Assembly (NCBI GenBank): GCA_016927995.1
Contig: JAFGLO010000015.1
Location: 3,847-67,846 of the forward strand
Length of the DNA stretch: 64,000 nt
From: Candidatus Dojkabacteria bacterium
GTDB lineage: Bacteria > Patescibacteriota > Dojkabacteria > JAFGLO01
Direction of reading: 5' to 3'
The notes under the pieces are model-generated. The model did not search any database. It saw only the letters and a list, made by a program, of their open reading frames with translations, and was not told the origin of the DNA. Below, piece after piece: positions 39,043 to 49,173 of the stretch. Numbering within the stretch: the first letter of the stretch is position 1; the number at the start of each line of letters is the position of its first letter. Made by a program: the position numbers and the translations under genes.

Positions 39043-40356
39043 TTATTTTTTATAGCTTTCAAGAATTTCGTTTAATGTTTTCTCTTGATTATTGAGAATT
39101 CCAGTATTTATTGAACCTGAGCTTATCATGCCATCGATAATTGGATAAAATACTTCTTGAAAACTGGTTTTATCTATTGGCATCTGGGTAAGGTATGGGG
39201 CAATTTCTATTATTGTGTCGACATAAGGTGCCGTGCTTATCTCGGAAGCCATTGAAGGTCTTCCATACGGTTCACCAAACGCACGAATTTTCGAGGCGTT
39301 AGAATACATACTCCTAAGCTGTTCAGCCTCCGAAAGATATTTAATAAAATCCCAAGCAATCTCAGGATGATCACATTGTGCTGAAACTGCTTCGCCCCAA
39401 TATGAACCAAGATCGATAGGGACTTGATTTGCCGGGAGTTGTGGCACCGGGGCTATATCGAAATTAATTTCAGGGTTTGCATTGATAATGTCGAATACAC
39501 GCCAACTTGGGGCAAACATCATTGCAAGCTTACCTGAATGGAACATAACAAGATCATTGCTTAATGCGTCGTTCCAGACATTGTGAGTTTTAACGAAGCC
39601 TGTGTAAAATGATAGTGATTCTTTTACTTTCTGATTACTAAGTGAGGCTTTGCCATCTTGTGCAATTATGTTGGCACTGTTTTGCAAAAGCAGAAGCGCT
39701 ATTATTTCGTCGGCATGATTAATATTATTTGCGGTACCAATTGCCGCACCGGCTTGTGTAATCGTGGTTCCACTTCTTTTGGTAAGTTTAATTGACATTT
39801 CTAGAAATTCATCCCAGTCTGTTGGGGGAGAGGTAAACCCCGCCTGCGCTAGCAAGTCCTTGTTGTAGTAAAGTACCAGCCCGTCAACCTCAAGAGGAAT
39901 TGCATAAATTGCATTATCCGATCCGGTGAAACTCTTGACTGCAGTGTTATAAAAATTCTGAGAATACTCTGAAGTACTCATTATTTTTGATGGAAGTGGG
40001 GTAAGGTGTTTTTGTAACACCGGTAGCCATGTATTATGGATTCGAACAATATCTGGACCTGCCTCTTCGGAAAGCCTGTATGGAAGACTTGCTTCATATT
40101 GACTAAATGATTTTTGTACGTAGATAATTTTTACGTTTTGGTGTTTGGCTTCGTAGGCCGCAATAACATCTTCCATAACGCTATTAGGTTCCCATAGTCC
40201 CCAATAGACAATTTCTATTTTTTCTGTAGTTGGATCACCTGAAGGGTTCTTGAAAAACAAAAAATAAACGACAACTCCTATAATGGCAAGAATCAAAACG
40301 ACAAGGAGGATTAGAAGTACTTTACGACCTTTACTCACTTTGTAAGAAGAAACCAT
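39043..40356 (-). CDS. Extracellular solute-binding protein (family 1, sugar type), membrane anchored
   Basis: YWGLWE, GPDIVRIHNTW, IYAIPL..DGLVLYYNKDL, PTDWDEF, AWDFIKYL. Confidence 0.88.
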   Translation of the reverse strand: MVSSYKVSKGRKVLLILLVVLILAIIGVVVYFLFFKNPSGDPTTEKIEIVYWGLWEPNSVMEDVIAAYEAKHQNVKIIYVQKSFSQYEASLPYRLSEEAGPDIVRIHNTWLPVLQKHLTPLPSKIMSTSEYSQNFYNTAVKSFTGSDNAIYAIPLEVDGLVLYYNKDLLAQAGFTSPPTDWDEFLEMSIKLTKRSGTTITQAGAAIGTANNINHADEIIALLLLQNSANIIAQDGKASLSNQKVKESLSFYTGFVKTHNVWNDALSNDLVMFHSGKLAMMFAPSWRVFDIINANPEINFDIAPVPQLPANQVPIDLGSYWGEAVSAQCDHPEIAWDFIKYLSEAEQLRSMYSNASKIRAFGEPYGRPSMASEISTAPYVDTIIEIAPYLTQMPIDKTSFQEVFYPIIDGMISSGSINTGILNNQEKTLNEILESYKK

Positions 40357-40374
40357 TTTATATAGCCAATTGTA

Positions 40375-41136
40375 TCACAGTTCCAGGCGTTCTGCGATAA
40401 TTATAAGTCTGTGGGTTCCAACTCCAAGTGGCCAACAAGTCATAAGTGTTACAATTTCTTTGCCTTCAATTCCTGACAACATGGTTAGATCTTCAGGGGA
40501 TGTGATTTTTACCATTATAGTCTTATACTCTAGGGTTTTACCGTCACGGACTACCTGAACGGTATCTCCGATATCAATATCTTTTAGTCTTGTAAAAATA
40601 GTTTCGGGAAGGTTCGGATATTTGTTAAATACATTATCTGTTGTGCTGTGCCCATATATAAATGAGTTACCACCGTCACCGGGGAGTGGAGTATACTTAA
40701 AATGAGCAACCCCTTGTTTAAGGGCTGTTTCATACCGGTTTTTGTCGGAACTATCAACGTTTGAGGTTATTTTAATATTTGAGATTCCAACTGCGTCTAT
40801 GGTTATTGTAAGTGGGGAGGTGTACGTTGTATTCACAACTATCTTTGAATTTTGTTCGGACTGCTCAGCGAGTGGTGAATTAACTACAATATTTTCAAAA
40901 TAGCTTGCGCCCGGATCGTAGTATTCAATTTCGGTGATACTTGGCTCTACCGGTTTATAAAAAATATCTTTAAGGTAAGGTGCGACGTATTGAAGCCCAA
41001 TTGGTAAGAACATTACAGCAAAAATCCCAAGGGATATTAAAAATGAGAAGGTGCCTAAAACCTTTGAGAAATTGATCTTGTGTTCGTTTGTTTTTGAGGC
41101 TTCTTTATATTTTACCTTTACTTTTACCATAGTCAT
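40375..41136 (-). CDS. Sortase
   Basis: N-terminal TM; GVAH...PGDGGNSFIYGHS, TLMTCWP.G...R catalytic His/Cys/Arg; true start may be ATG 41130. Confidence 0.9.
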   Translation of the reverse strand: MTMVKVKVKYKEASKTNEHKINFSKVLGTFSFLISLGIFAVMFLPIGLQYVAPYLKDIFYKPVEPSITEIEYYDPGASYFENIVVNSPLAEQSEQNSKIVVNTTYTSPLTITIDAVGISNIKITSNVDSSDKNRYETALKQGVAHFKYTPLPGDGGNSFIYGHSTTDNVFNKYPNLPETIFTRLKDIDIGDTVQVVRDGKTLEYKTIMVKITSPEDLTMLSGIEGKEIVTLMTCWPLGVGTHRLIIIAERLEL

Positions 41137-41225
41137 TTATATTTTAGTGGTGTTTGATTGTCAACAACTTAATAAGTATAATCGGTGCGTGTTACAAAGG
41201 TTATAACTTTGGGTTTTTTAAAAAA

Positions 41226-42326
41226 ATGAAGCGTGATTATTATGAAATTCTTAATGTAGACAAGGAAGCAACCGAGGCGGATATCAAGAAAGCATACAGG
41301 AAACTTGTAAAAAAGTGGCATCCGGATGTTAATAAGGCTGCCGATGCCGAGGAAAAATTTAAAGAGGTTCAGGAAGCCTATGAGGTATTGTCTGACAGTA
41401 GGAAGCGTGAACAGTACGACTCTTTTGGGCATTCTGGCGTGGGTGATGGTATGAACTTCAACGAAGGTTATTACGATATGGGTAGTATGAGTGGGATGGG
41501 AGGAATGGAAGATATTTTAAACCAGTTTTTTGGTGGAAGTGGATTTTCGTTTGGGTCAATGTTTGGCGGTGACGGGTTCGGAACCGGAAGTGCAAGTGCT
41601 AGAGCCGAGCGCAGTAGGTTTAGTCCCGACGATATTCACGTTAACGCAACGCTTTCGTTAGAGGAAGCCAACGAAGGATTAACTCGCGAGATTGAATTTG
41701 AATTTAAAGGTGTTTGTAACAGCTGTAAAGGAACGGGTGCAAAGAATGAGGAGTTTACCTCCTGTAAAGAGTGTAATGGTAAGGGTGTTGTAAGGTCGGT
41801 TCAACAATCGTTCTTTGGACAAATGGTAGTGCAGCGGGCCTGTGCAGTTTGTGGGGGCAGTGGTAGCATTCCCAAGGCTGTTTGTTCGGAGTGTAACGGC
41901 AAAGGTTGGATTCCGCAGAAGGAAAAATTAAAGATTAAAATTCCCGTTGGTGCGTATGACGGGCTTGTGCTTAGGTTTAGAGGGGATAATAGAGGCGATC
42001 TTTATGTACACGTGAAAGTTAAGTCACACAATGTTTTTACAAGGGATGGTAACGATGTTTTTATTGACATAGATGTTCCTTTGGTTACAGCGGTACTTGG
42101 CGGCGAGATTTTAATTCCTACCCTTTATGGTGATGTTCGACTTAAGATTCCCGCAGGTACGCAGCCTAACGATATTATAAAGGTAAAACAGTATGGTACT
42201 TACATTGTAGGTAACAGTTCACAAAAAGGTGATTTGTATGTAAACTGTAGTATAACTATTCCGAAAAAACTTTCCCCAGAGGAAAAGGAGATTTGGGAAA
42301 AACTTAGTACAGTTAAAGGTAAATGA
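41226..42326 (+). CDS. dnaJ: Chaperone DnaJ
   Basis: [13 protein letters not shown]-rich region, four CxxCxGxG motifs. Confidence 0.97.
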   Translation: MKRDYYEILNVDKEATEADIKKAYRKLVKKWHPDVNKAADAEEKFKEVQEAYEVLSDSRKREQYDSFGHSGVGDGMNFNEGYYDMGSMSGMGGMEDILNQFFGGSGFSFGSMFGGDGFGTGSASARAERSRFSPDDIHVNATLSLEEANEGLTREIEFEFKGVCNSCKGTGAKNEEFTSCKECNGKGVVRSVQQSFFGQMVVQRACAVCGGSGSIPKAVCSECNGKGWIPQKEKLKIKIPVGAYDGLVLRFRGDNRGDLYVHVKVKSHNVFTRDGNDVFIDIDVPLVTAVLGGEILIPTLYGDVRLKIPAGTQPNDIIKVKQYGTYIVGNSSQKGDLYVNCSITIPKKLSPEEKEIWEKLSTVKGK

Positions 42327-42730
42327 CTCTAAACAGTCGAGTTAGAACAATTATCTTCTATATTTTCATGGTTTGTGGGGTTACTGCATTGGGACTTATT
42401 ATTTATGTCAAAGCTTTGCATAAAGAGTCAAATGTTAAAGGAAAAACTGTTTCGAAAACAAATCCGGTGGAGGCTAACGTTACAATGGTTGGGGGAAATT
42501 GTTTTTTGGCATATTGGGAAACAGAAGAAGAGTCAATTGGATACGTAAAATATGGATCTTCCCCCGATACTATTAATCTTGTCGGGAAAAACAAAGAGGG
42601 GTTTATTTACTCAACCCGTCACGAAATTAAAGTTTGTGACCTTACCGAGCCTGAATATTACGTTATTATCGTCTCCGACGGGGTCCCTTATGGGCTTAAT
42701 GGGGTACCAATTAAGGTTCAACGAGAGTAG
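42323..42730 (+). CDS. Membrane-anchored FN3-like domain protein
   Basis: TM, then [14 protein letters not shown]...[14 protein letters not shown]. Confidence 0.65.
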   Translation: MTLNSRVRTIIFYIFMVCGVTALGLIIYVKALHKESNVKGKTVSKTNPVEANVTMVGGNCFLAYWETEEESIGYVKYGSSPDTINLVGKNKEGFIYSTRHEIKVCDLTEPEYYVIIVSDGVPYGLNGVPIKVQRE

Positions 42731-43016
42731 GGACAGGTCTAGACCGACACCCCTTTTGCAAACGACTAGCTGGTGGTGCTTTCCGAGAAGTAGTGTGCGG
42801 GTGTGTGCATAGTCGAATTAAAATTGCAGGTAGCCCTTGAATGTAAGGGTTGGAGTCAGATTGTTACAATAAATAGCCTTAGAATGTCTCCACAACTTAT
42901 TATACTTGCGGATTATTGGGGATAATACGTTAAATCCTAGACCATCACAAGGGCATACGTAAACGATGATGCACACAGTGATACAACGGGCCATGTCGGT
43001 CTAGACCTGTCCCTAC
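42727..43016. mobile_element. REP doublet (REPIN)/MITE-like element with 23-bp perfect terminal inverted repeats
   Basis: GTAGGGACAGGTCTAGACCGACA (42727-42749) and its reverse complement (42994-43016), between convergent genes. Confidence 0.8.
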
Positions 43017-43031
43017 GTCAGGAAATAATTT

Positions 43032-45275
43032 TTATTTGTTTTTTACCTTTCTAACGACGCTTTCCTCAAAATGCTTCTTAGGCTTTGTATACTTTAGGAC
43101 AAGCAAACTTTCCGAACTATCGCCAACACCCGTAAACTTCAGCTTTGGAAGCTTAACAAACCATTCACCCTTGTAAAGCACTATTGCAATACCTAGTAGT
43201 GTCAAAGGAATTATTATTGCTATTGGCATGTCAAGAATTCCTGTGTCCGGACTGCAGGTTTGTTCGACAGGGAATGCATATTCGTCGTATCCTGGGTTGC
43301 CGTCTTCTATCTCTATGGTTATTTCGTTTACATTTTGACCGGTTACGGCCGCAGTTGTTGCTAATGCCGTAAATGTAATCGTTACATCGGCTCCTGATAC
43401 CGGCGTTATTGTCCAGTTTCCGGTCCATACCAGTGTTGTTACTCCGTTTTGAGTTGTAATGGTTGGTTCGACAGCTGTTGCCGTTCCTGAACCTATTCGT
43501 ATTCTTGCCGAATTTGCTTGATATGTGAACCCTGGTGGTAATATGTCGGTTATTCTTGTTATTACTTCTGTTGTTTGAACGTTTCCAGTTACTGTAAATG
43601 CTGCGACATTATTGGGTGGGACTCGTTCTACACAAATAGGGCCTGTTTTTTCAACAGCCATTTCGCCTGGGGCACGTAAGGTTGCATTTACTTGACATGC
43701 TGTTGAGGTTACGGGATCAGCTATTCCCGCAAATCTAATATCAACTCTTACGGAACAAAGATCGCCGTCATCGGCCCCTGCGGGCGGGGTAAAGACAAAT
43801 CCTCTGTTATCGGTTGTTGCCGTTGAATTATAGGTATGAATTTCACTTGCCGAAATTGTTCCGTCACAGTTTTGGTCGACTCTCCAGATGTATTGTTGTA
43901 CTGCGGCTGTTCCGCCTGCAGTTACGGTAAAGTTTCGAAGAGTTCCGGTTGAGTTTGTTAACACTATTGTGTCATTTGGAAGGACGGATACACAAACTCC
44001 ATCAGTAAGTACTTGAGTTCGACTTGCGGAAAGTGTGCTGTTACATATATCGGCGCCATAGAACGAACCACTTATTTCCGTTCTTCCGTAAACCGTACAA
44101 GTGTCACTTTGGACACCACTTGCAAGAGTCATTGTAACATTTACTGCAGGATTTCCATCAAAGTAACGCCTTACTCCCTGTGCAGTTGTTTGTCCACCTA
44201 CTGATAGAGTAGTAGATGAATTTCCACAGTTAACCGTATACTCTACTCTTGTTATGTTGCCATTTCCTCCGGTTAGGGTATAACTTCGGGCTGCAGTTCC
44301 TGCAGGCAGACCGGATACAGAGGTTGGTGTAATACCGGCACAGTATGGAGTTTCAGTTATGGTCCCGCCACGTTTACACCATTTGTATACCCAGCTTGGA
44401 TTGTTACAGGTTCCGCAAAGAGTTTTACATCCATTACCAAAAACAGAACAACCTGTTTTACTAGTTGAATCACCTGTTATCCCACAGTCGTCATAGCCTA
44501 CAGGACAGGTTGGTAGGGTGCAACCGTCAGCATAAGGACCTGTATTTGATAATGAAGAACAACCACCAGGCCAAGTGCTTTGAGTTTGCCAATTTACACA
44601 TATACACCCGCTAGCGCCGTTACACTGGGAGATCGATGAAGAACAACAGTAGGTTGCTTCCGGATAAGTACATCTTATGGTATCTGGTTGGTCACATCCC
44701 CAGCCGTTACTTGCATTTCCACCTCCAAGACATGCAGTTCCTTGTCCCGTAGATGTACATGCACTACAAGAACCACCACAGTCTACTCCCGTTTCGTCTC
44801 CATCTAGAACGCCGTTCGAACAGTGGTCAGCAGCTCCACATACATTACAATGTGCGCCACCGCAGTCTACACCCGTTTCATCTTGATCTTGAATGCCATT
44901 ACTACAATGTGCCGCCGGTGGAGTTGCCGTACATCTCGGGTCATTGGCGCTTACCACTGTTGCACTGTCTTCTGTGGACCAGCATGTACCAGCTGTTCCT
45001 CCGCTACAACCTCTTTGCCATCTAACCCAATCTGATCCTTTACAGCCCTCTTCGTTATCGTCGATACAGTTGTTTCCGTCACCAACACCGCCCCAATTTA
45101 CACACTCTGTCCAACAGTCACACGACCAATCAGCTCTGCCAGTATCACTACCAACATTAAGTTTCCACAAAAGGTAGCCACCGGCGCCGGCAGTAATAAC
45201 CGTTAACACTGTGAAAATAATTAGAATGGTTTTGGTTTTCTTTTTCTTCGTGCTTTCGATGACTTGAGTGCTCAT
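43032..45275 (-). CDS. Cys-rich surface protein with DUF11-like domain and LPXTG-like (SPDTG) sorting signal
   Basis: Two CSNG..D.DETGVDCGG repeats; ITDILPPGFTY; SPDTG followed by TM and basic residues. Confidence 0.8.
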   Translation of the reverse strand: MSTQVIESTKKKKTKTILIIFTVLTVITAGAGGYLLWKLNVGSDTGRADWSCDCWTECVNWGGVGDGNNCIDDNEEGCKGSDWVRWQRGCSGGTAGTCWSTEDSATVVSANDPRCTATPPAAHCSNGIQDQDETGVDCGGAHCNVCGAADHCSNGVLDGDETGVDCGGSCSACTSTGQGTACLGGGNASNGWGCDQPDTIRCTYPEATYCCSSSISQCNGASGCICVNWQTQSTWPGGCSSLSNTGPYADGCTLPTCPVGYDDCGITGDSTSKTGCSVFGNGCKTLCGTCNNPSWVYKWCKRGGTITETPYCAGITPTSVSGLPAGTAARSYTLTGGNGNITRVEYTVNCGNSSTTLSVGGQTTAQGVRRYFDGNPAVNVTMTLASGVQSDTCTVYGRTEISGSFYGADICNSTLSASRTQVLTDGVCVSVLPNDTIVLTNSTGTLRNFTVTAGGTAAVQQYIWRVDQNCDGTISASEIHTYNSTATTDNRGFVFTPPAGADDGDLCSVRVDIRFAGIADPVTSTACQVNATLRAPGEMAVEKTGPICVERVPPNNVAAFTVTGNVQTTEVITRITDILPPGFTYQANSARIRIGSGTATAVEPTITTQNGVTTLVWTGNWTITPVSGADVTITFTALATTAAVTGQNVNEITIEIEDGNPGYDEYAFPVEQTCSPDTGILDMPIAIIIPLTLLGIAIVLYKGEWFVKLPKLKFTGVGDSSESLLVLKYTKPKKHFEESVVRKVKNK

Positions 45276-45309
45276 AATACAATATAAAGGCAGAACTTAA
45301 TGGTAAACT

Positions 45310-46233
45310 CTACAATATTTTTATTAATATGGCAAGCGCTGTTTCGGGATCAATTAATGATCTTTTAACTTGGAAGTCGATATTTAGCAATTTTTCGAAG
45401 ATTTTTGTAATTCTGCTAATAGGAATTTGCGATCTTTGAAGGTTCGAAATAACAAATGGATGAATTTTTGTTTCAGCTGCAATTTCTTTTCCGGATTTTC
45501 CGGCAGTCTGCATAATTTTTACTGTATATAAAAGTCTGTATTCTCTTGCAATCATATTAAAAATAAACATAGGGTCAACCTTTGTATCAATAAGATTTTT
45601 AAAGGAGCGCATGGCTCTTGATCGGTTTGAGTCTTCAATGTCGCGAATAAGATTCCAAATTTCATATGAGTGGTGCTTGCTTGCAAAAGTCTCGATATCT
45701 TCCTGACTTAAGCTTTTACCGCTTGGTAAAAGACTAAGCTTCTCAATTTCACGTTGAATAAGAGCAGGGTCGGCACCCTGACTTTCAATAAGTTTTTCGG
45801 TTGCATACAAGTCCAGTTTAACACCTTCCTTTTGTGCAATGGCATTAACCCAGCCGTTAAGGTCACGTTTGCTTGGTTCTTCAACCCTTGTAAATTTGCC
45901 ATTTTCGGAAAGCTCTTTGTAGACTTTTGTATTTTTGGGAATACACTGATTACTCCAAATAAATATATCTTTGGGGCTTTTTAAAATGCTTTCGATAAGT
46001 GTTACGAGATCATCCTTTTTTACACCCAGAATCCTTTTAATAACAAGAAGCTCCTTTTTAGAAAAAAGTGAGCTCTCAAAAAGAGAGTCGATTAAATTAT
46101 TAATGTCGTCAATTTCACTGCAATCAAAGACTCTGCATAGAACGCCGGGGTTTTTCTCCTTATAACTCGAAATCATCTCATCCAATTTCGCAATACTTAA
46201 ACCCTCGTTTGTTCCATCAATAGTTATGATCAT
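45310..46233 (-). CDS. holA: DNA polymerase III delta subunit
   Basis: SLFSKKELLVIK, REIEKL, IWNL, IHPFV, LLNIDFQVK. Confidence 0.85.
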   Translation of the reverse strand: MIITIDGTNEGLSIAKLDEMISSYKEKNPGVLCRVFDCSEIDDINNLIDSLFESSLFSKKELLVIKRILGVKKDDLVTLIESILKSPKDIFIWSNQCIPKNTKVYKELSENGKFTRVEEPSKRDLNGWVNAIAQKEGVKLDLYATEKLIESQGADPALIQREIEKLSLLPSGKSLSQEDIETFASKHHSYEIWNLIRDIEDSNRSRAMRSFKNLIDTKVDPMFIFNMIAREYRLLYTVKIMQTAGKSGKEIAAETKIHPFVISNLQRSQIPISRITKIFEKLLNIDFQVKRSLIDPETALAILIKIL

Positions 46234-47765
46234 TCTTCTATTGCAATAGAATTTGTTCCAAGGAAGATGGATATATTCTCAACATAAAGTGGAGCTAGTT
46301 CAAATTCATTGGTTTCATTGACAGAATAGCCCTCTTCGGTTAAGTAATTTGTAATCGATGAAATTGTTGCAGGTGCTAATGCATTTTCGTTTTCAACAAT
46401 TGTAATGCCTGTTGTAGTGGCACCATAATATCCGATAAAGACAAATTTATTGTATTTGTACTCAGTAAGTAGATCGCTATAAATCTGATAAGCTTCACTG
46501 TAACCGACGCCTGAATTGTAAACATAGATTAAGGCCTTTTCATTTATTAGCTCGGGATCTTCAATGAATGCCCGTACAAAATCTTGCACATTTGTATAGT
46601 CATAATAAAGTGGGGTAGGACTTATTATGTATGCTTGATCAGACATAATTGGAATAGAACCTTCACGTAGAATAGTATAATTCCCAATTGATGGGTCAAG
46701 CACGATTCCTGTTGTTTGGGGAATTCCATCAGTTAAGGCGATTTGGACTGCAGATTCCACAGTAGGGAGGGTTACATTGTAAAGCTTAATGTTTTTTCCG
46801 ACTGCTTTTACTATTTCCCAAAGAGTACTTGCATTAAGAAGAGACTTGTCACTTTCAAGTTTATAGCGAACTGCATCAATTATTTTCTGTTGGCGTCTGC
46901 CTCTGGCAAAGTCGGAACCTTCAGGCCAGGCTCCATGGCGTGACCTAGCAAATTTTACTGCTGTTTCTCCGTCCATATGAGTAAGTCCTGCGGTAAAACT
47001 AATTGTTTCGTATCCGCCGTTATAGGTTGGAAATTCGTAGTCAGTAAAGCTGTTTTCCACGTCCACATCAACTCCGCCTATAGCGTTAATCAGGTCGGCT
47101 GCACCTTGCAAATTAACAACAGCGCCATAATGAATATGAATTCCTATGTAATTCTCAACTGCAGCTGCAAGATATGAAAGCCCGACACTGCCATCAATAT
47201 CAGTTACCGGTTTTCCGGTTTTCTCACTTTCTATGTTCATTGCCGTAATATACATTGTGTTTATGCGTGCGTAATATTCTTTTCTGTCGGGAAACTGTAC
47301 AACGGTATCACGTGGAATAGAGATAAGATATGCTTCCTGAGTAGATCTGTCATAAGAGGCGATCATGATTGTGTCGGTATTTGAATACTCGCCGTTGGGT
47401 CGGGTATCTATTCCCACAATCAAGACGTTGGTTCGTCCAAACTCATCGGTTTCAAGTACCGGATTGTTTGATAAGACCTCGAGTATACCTTCCCAACTTA
47501 ACTCGAGTCCGCTTCCTTTAAGTATGTCGTACCAGTCCCTAAAAAACACAAATCCTTTAATACCAAAGTATATAAGAGGGATTGAAAGAACAATAAGCGT
47601 AGGAATAAACCACTTCTTTTTAAAAAGGCGTGAAAAAAACTGCTTAAATTTCCCCGGCTCTCTTTTGGAATTGTTTTTGATTATTGGAGTTTTTACTGGT
47701 TTCAGGGATGACGTTACGGAACTTATCGGTTTGGTCTCAACTTGCTTTAAATTGATCTTTTTCAC
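46230..47765 (-). CDS. LytR-CpsA-Psr (LCP) family protein
   Basis: NVLIVGID, TDTIMIA, ISIPRD, FARSRH, SDFARGRRQQ. Confidence 0.92.
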   Translation of the reverse strand: MKKINLKQVETKPISSVTSSLKPVKTPIIKNNSKREPGKFKQFFSRLFKKKWFIPTLIVLSIPLIYFGIKGFVFFRDWYDILKGSGLELSWEGILEVLSNNPVLETDEFGRTNVLIVGIDTRPNGEYSNTDTIMIASYDRSTQEAYLISIPRDTVVQFPDRKEYYARINTMYITAMNIESEKTGKPVTDIDGSVGLSYLAAAVENYIGIHIHYGAVVNLQGAADLINAIGGVDVDVENSFTDYEFPTYNGGYETISFTAGLTHMDGETAVKFARSRHGAWPEGSDFARGRRQQKIIDAVRYKLESDKSLLNASTLWEIVKAVGKNIKLYNVTLPTVESAVQIALTDGIPQTTGIVLDPSIGNYTILREGSIPIMSDQAYIISPTPLYYDYTNVQDFVRAFIEDPELINEKALIYVYNSGVGYSEAYQIYSDLLTEYKYNKFVFIGYYGATTTGITIVENENALAPATISSITNYLTEEGYSVNETNEFELAPLYVENISIFLGTNSIAIEE

Positions 47766-47845
47766 TATTGATTTTTGTAAATAATGGTTAGTATTCTAGC
47801 AAGATTACTCGTAAGAGGCTAGTGGTATATGCAAAACACTTGGGT

Positions 47846-48034
47846 TTACGTCGTTTTAGGGGCTTTGGTAAGTGAGACTGAGGTTTTCTGTGTTAGGATT
47901 TCAATTTGTCTAAGAATTGACTTTATTTCATCTTCCGATGGTGATTTTGAGCTTATTGCCCTAAGTAAAAGTTCCCATAAAGCCTTTACTTCCGAAATAT
48001 CTGTAAGTAAGTTCCTCCTAAGTGGTAGCGTCAT
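47846..48034 (-). CDS. Possible small helical hypothetical protein
   Basis: ATG 48034 (MTLPLRRNLL); amphipathic pattern; no recognisable motif. Confidence 0.35.
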   Translation of the reverse strand: MTLPLRRNLLTDISEVKALWELLLRAISSKSPSEDEIKSILRQIEILTQKTSVSLTKAPKTT

Positions 48035-48140
48035 TGATTGTAATATCAAATTACTTTCTTGTTCTATTATAAGGCTAAATGGATAATAATTTCCAATTGT
48101 TGTTGCTAGCGTGGTGACAACAGTAAAAGGGGATGTTGAA

Positions 48141-48577
48141 CCTCTTCTCTCATAGTTATCTTCCAGAGAGGATTATTTCACTATTTCACTACTTAATCGT
48201 CCTCCGTTGATCTGTGTGTTCATCGGAAGCCCTTTGCTTATTTTGCCTTTTTGCTAAAGCGATTTCCTCTTCTCACACTAGCTCTTCGGAGATTACTTCA
48301 CTATTTCACTACTTAAGCTTCCGTCGATTCCTATGTTCGAAGTGAACCCTTTATCTGTTTTATTTTGTTGTTAAAGCTTGCCACTTCTCTCATAGGTATC
48401 TTCCGGAGAGGATTACTTCACTATTTCACTGTTTCACTGCTTAAGCTTCCGTCGATTTCTACGTTCGAAGTGAACCCTTTATCTGTTTTATTTTGTTGTT
48501 AAAGCTTGCCACTTCTCTCATAGTTATCTTCCGGAGGATTACTTTACTGTTTTACTACTTCACTGTTTCACTGCTTA
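48141..48577. repeat. Degenerate tandem repeat array, period about 115-128 bp, about 3.5 units, with internal 8-bp TTCACTRY microrepeats
   Basis: Units begin CC(T/A)CTTCTC at 48141, 48266, 48381 and 48509; 48316-48420 and 48444-48545 are near identical. Confidence 0.9.
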
Positions 48578-48616
48578 TTCCGAACCAGATAAACCTAAGT
48601 CTCGGGATCCTCGAAA

Positions 48617-48645
48617 TTGATAAATCAATTTCGGGACTGTATACT
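48617..48645 (+). promoter_or_regulatory. Sigma70 promoter predicted to give a leaderless yqgF mRNA
   Basis: TTGATA, 17 bp, TATACT, then 6 nt to ATG 48652. Confidence 0.7.
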
Positions 48646-48651
48646 GTTTGT

Positions 48652-49038
48652 ATGATTCATCTGGGAATAGATTTTGGAGAAAAACGAATAGGGCTTGCCG
48701 TAAGCGACGCTAAGGAGATTGTTAGTGCTCCGCTTTCCATAATAAAGCGAGTCTCAGACGAAGCGGCAATTTCCCAAATCCTTGAGCTTGCTGTTCTTAA
48801 AAAGGTTGAAAAAATTGTTGTCGGAATGCCTCAGGCGTTTGCCTCTGTACATGAAACGCAGGTAAAAAGAGTAAGTTCCTTTATAGAAAAGCTTAACAAT
48901 AGTACAGATATTCCAATTGAGACCTTTACCGAAGCATATACGTCAAAAATTGCCCATACGCAGAGGAAAGGTAAACGGCCAATAGATGATCTTGCTGCGG
49001 CTCATATTCTGCAGCGGTATTTGGATAGTAGGCTATAA
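48652..49038 (+). CDS. ruvX: YqgF/RuvX RNase H-fold nuclease
   Basis: LGIDFGEKRIGLAVSD, IVVGMP, EAYTS, IDDLAAAHILQRYL. Confidence 0.92.
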   Translation: MIHLGIDFGEKRIGLAVSDAKEIVSAPLSIIKRVSDEAAISQILELAVLKKVEKIVVGMPQAFASVHETQVKRVSSFIEKLNNSTDIPIETFTEAYTSKIAHTQRKGKRPIDDLAAAHILQRYLDSRL

Positions 49039-49043
49039 TCGGT

Positions 49044-49168
49044 AAAGTAGTGAAATAGTAATATAGTGAAATCTGGAAGGTTGCTGTGCGAGAGGTGATT
49101 CGCTTTAGCACAAAAGCAAAACAAGCAAAGGGCTCACATCGAACACGGGAACCGACAGAGGGTCAGTT
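49044..49168 (-). repeat. Inverted copy of the 48.1-48.6 kb repeat unit
   Basis: Reverse complement reads GCCCTTTGCTTGTTTTGCTTTTGTGCTAAAGCGA...TATTTCACTACTT, versus GCCCTTTGCTTATTTTGCCTTTTTGCTAAAGCGA in the array. Confidence 0.85.
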
Positions 49169-49173
49169 AGCAA

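Noticed and set aside
48316-48545. DGR template/variable repeat pair
   Set aside because: Differences between copies are not confined to adenines of one copy, and there is no reverse transcriptase in the window
48141-48577. CRISPR or TIGR-type array
   Set aside because: Units are homologous along their whole length with no unique spacers, the period is about 120 bp, and no cas or Nop-domain gene is seen
48493-48651. N-terminal extension of YqgF in the ORF track
   Set aside because: It is translated repeat DNA; the family motif and a promoter place the start at 48652
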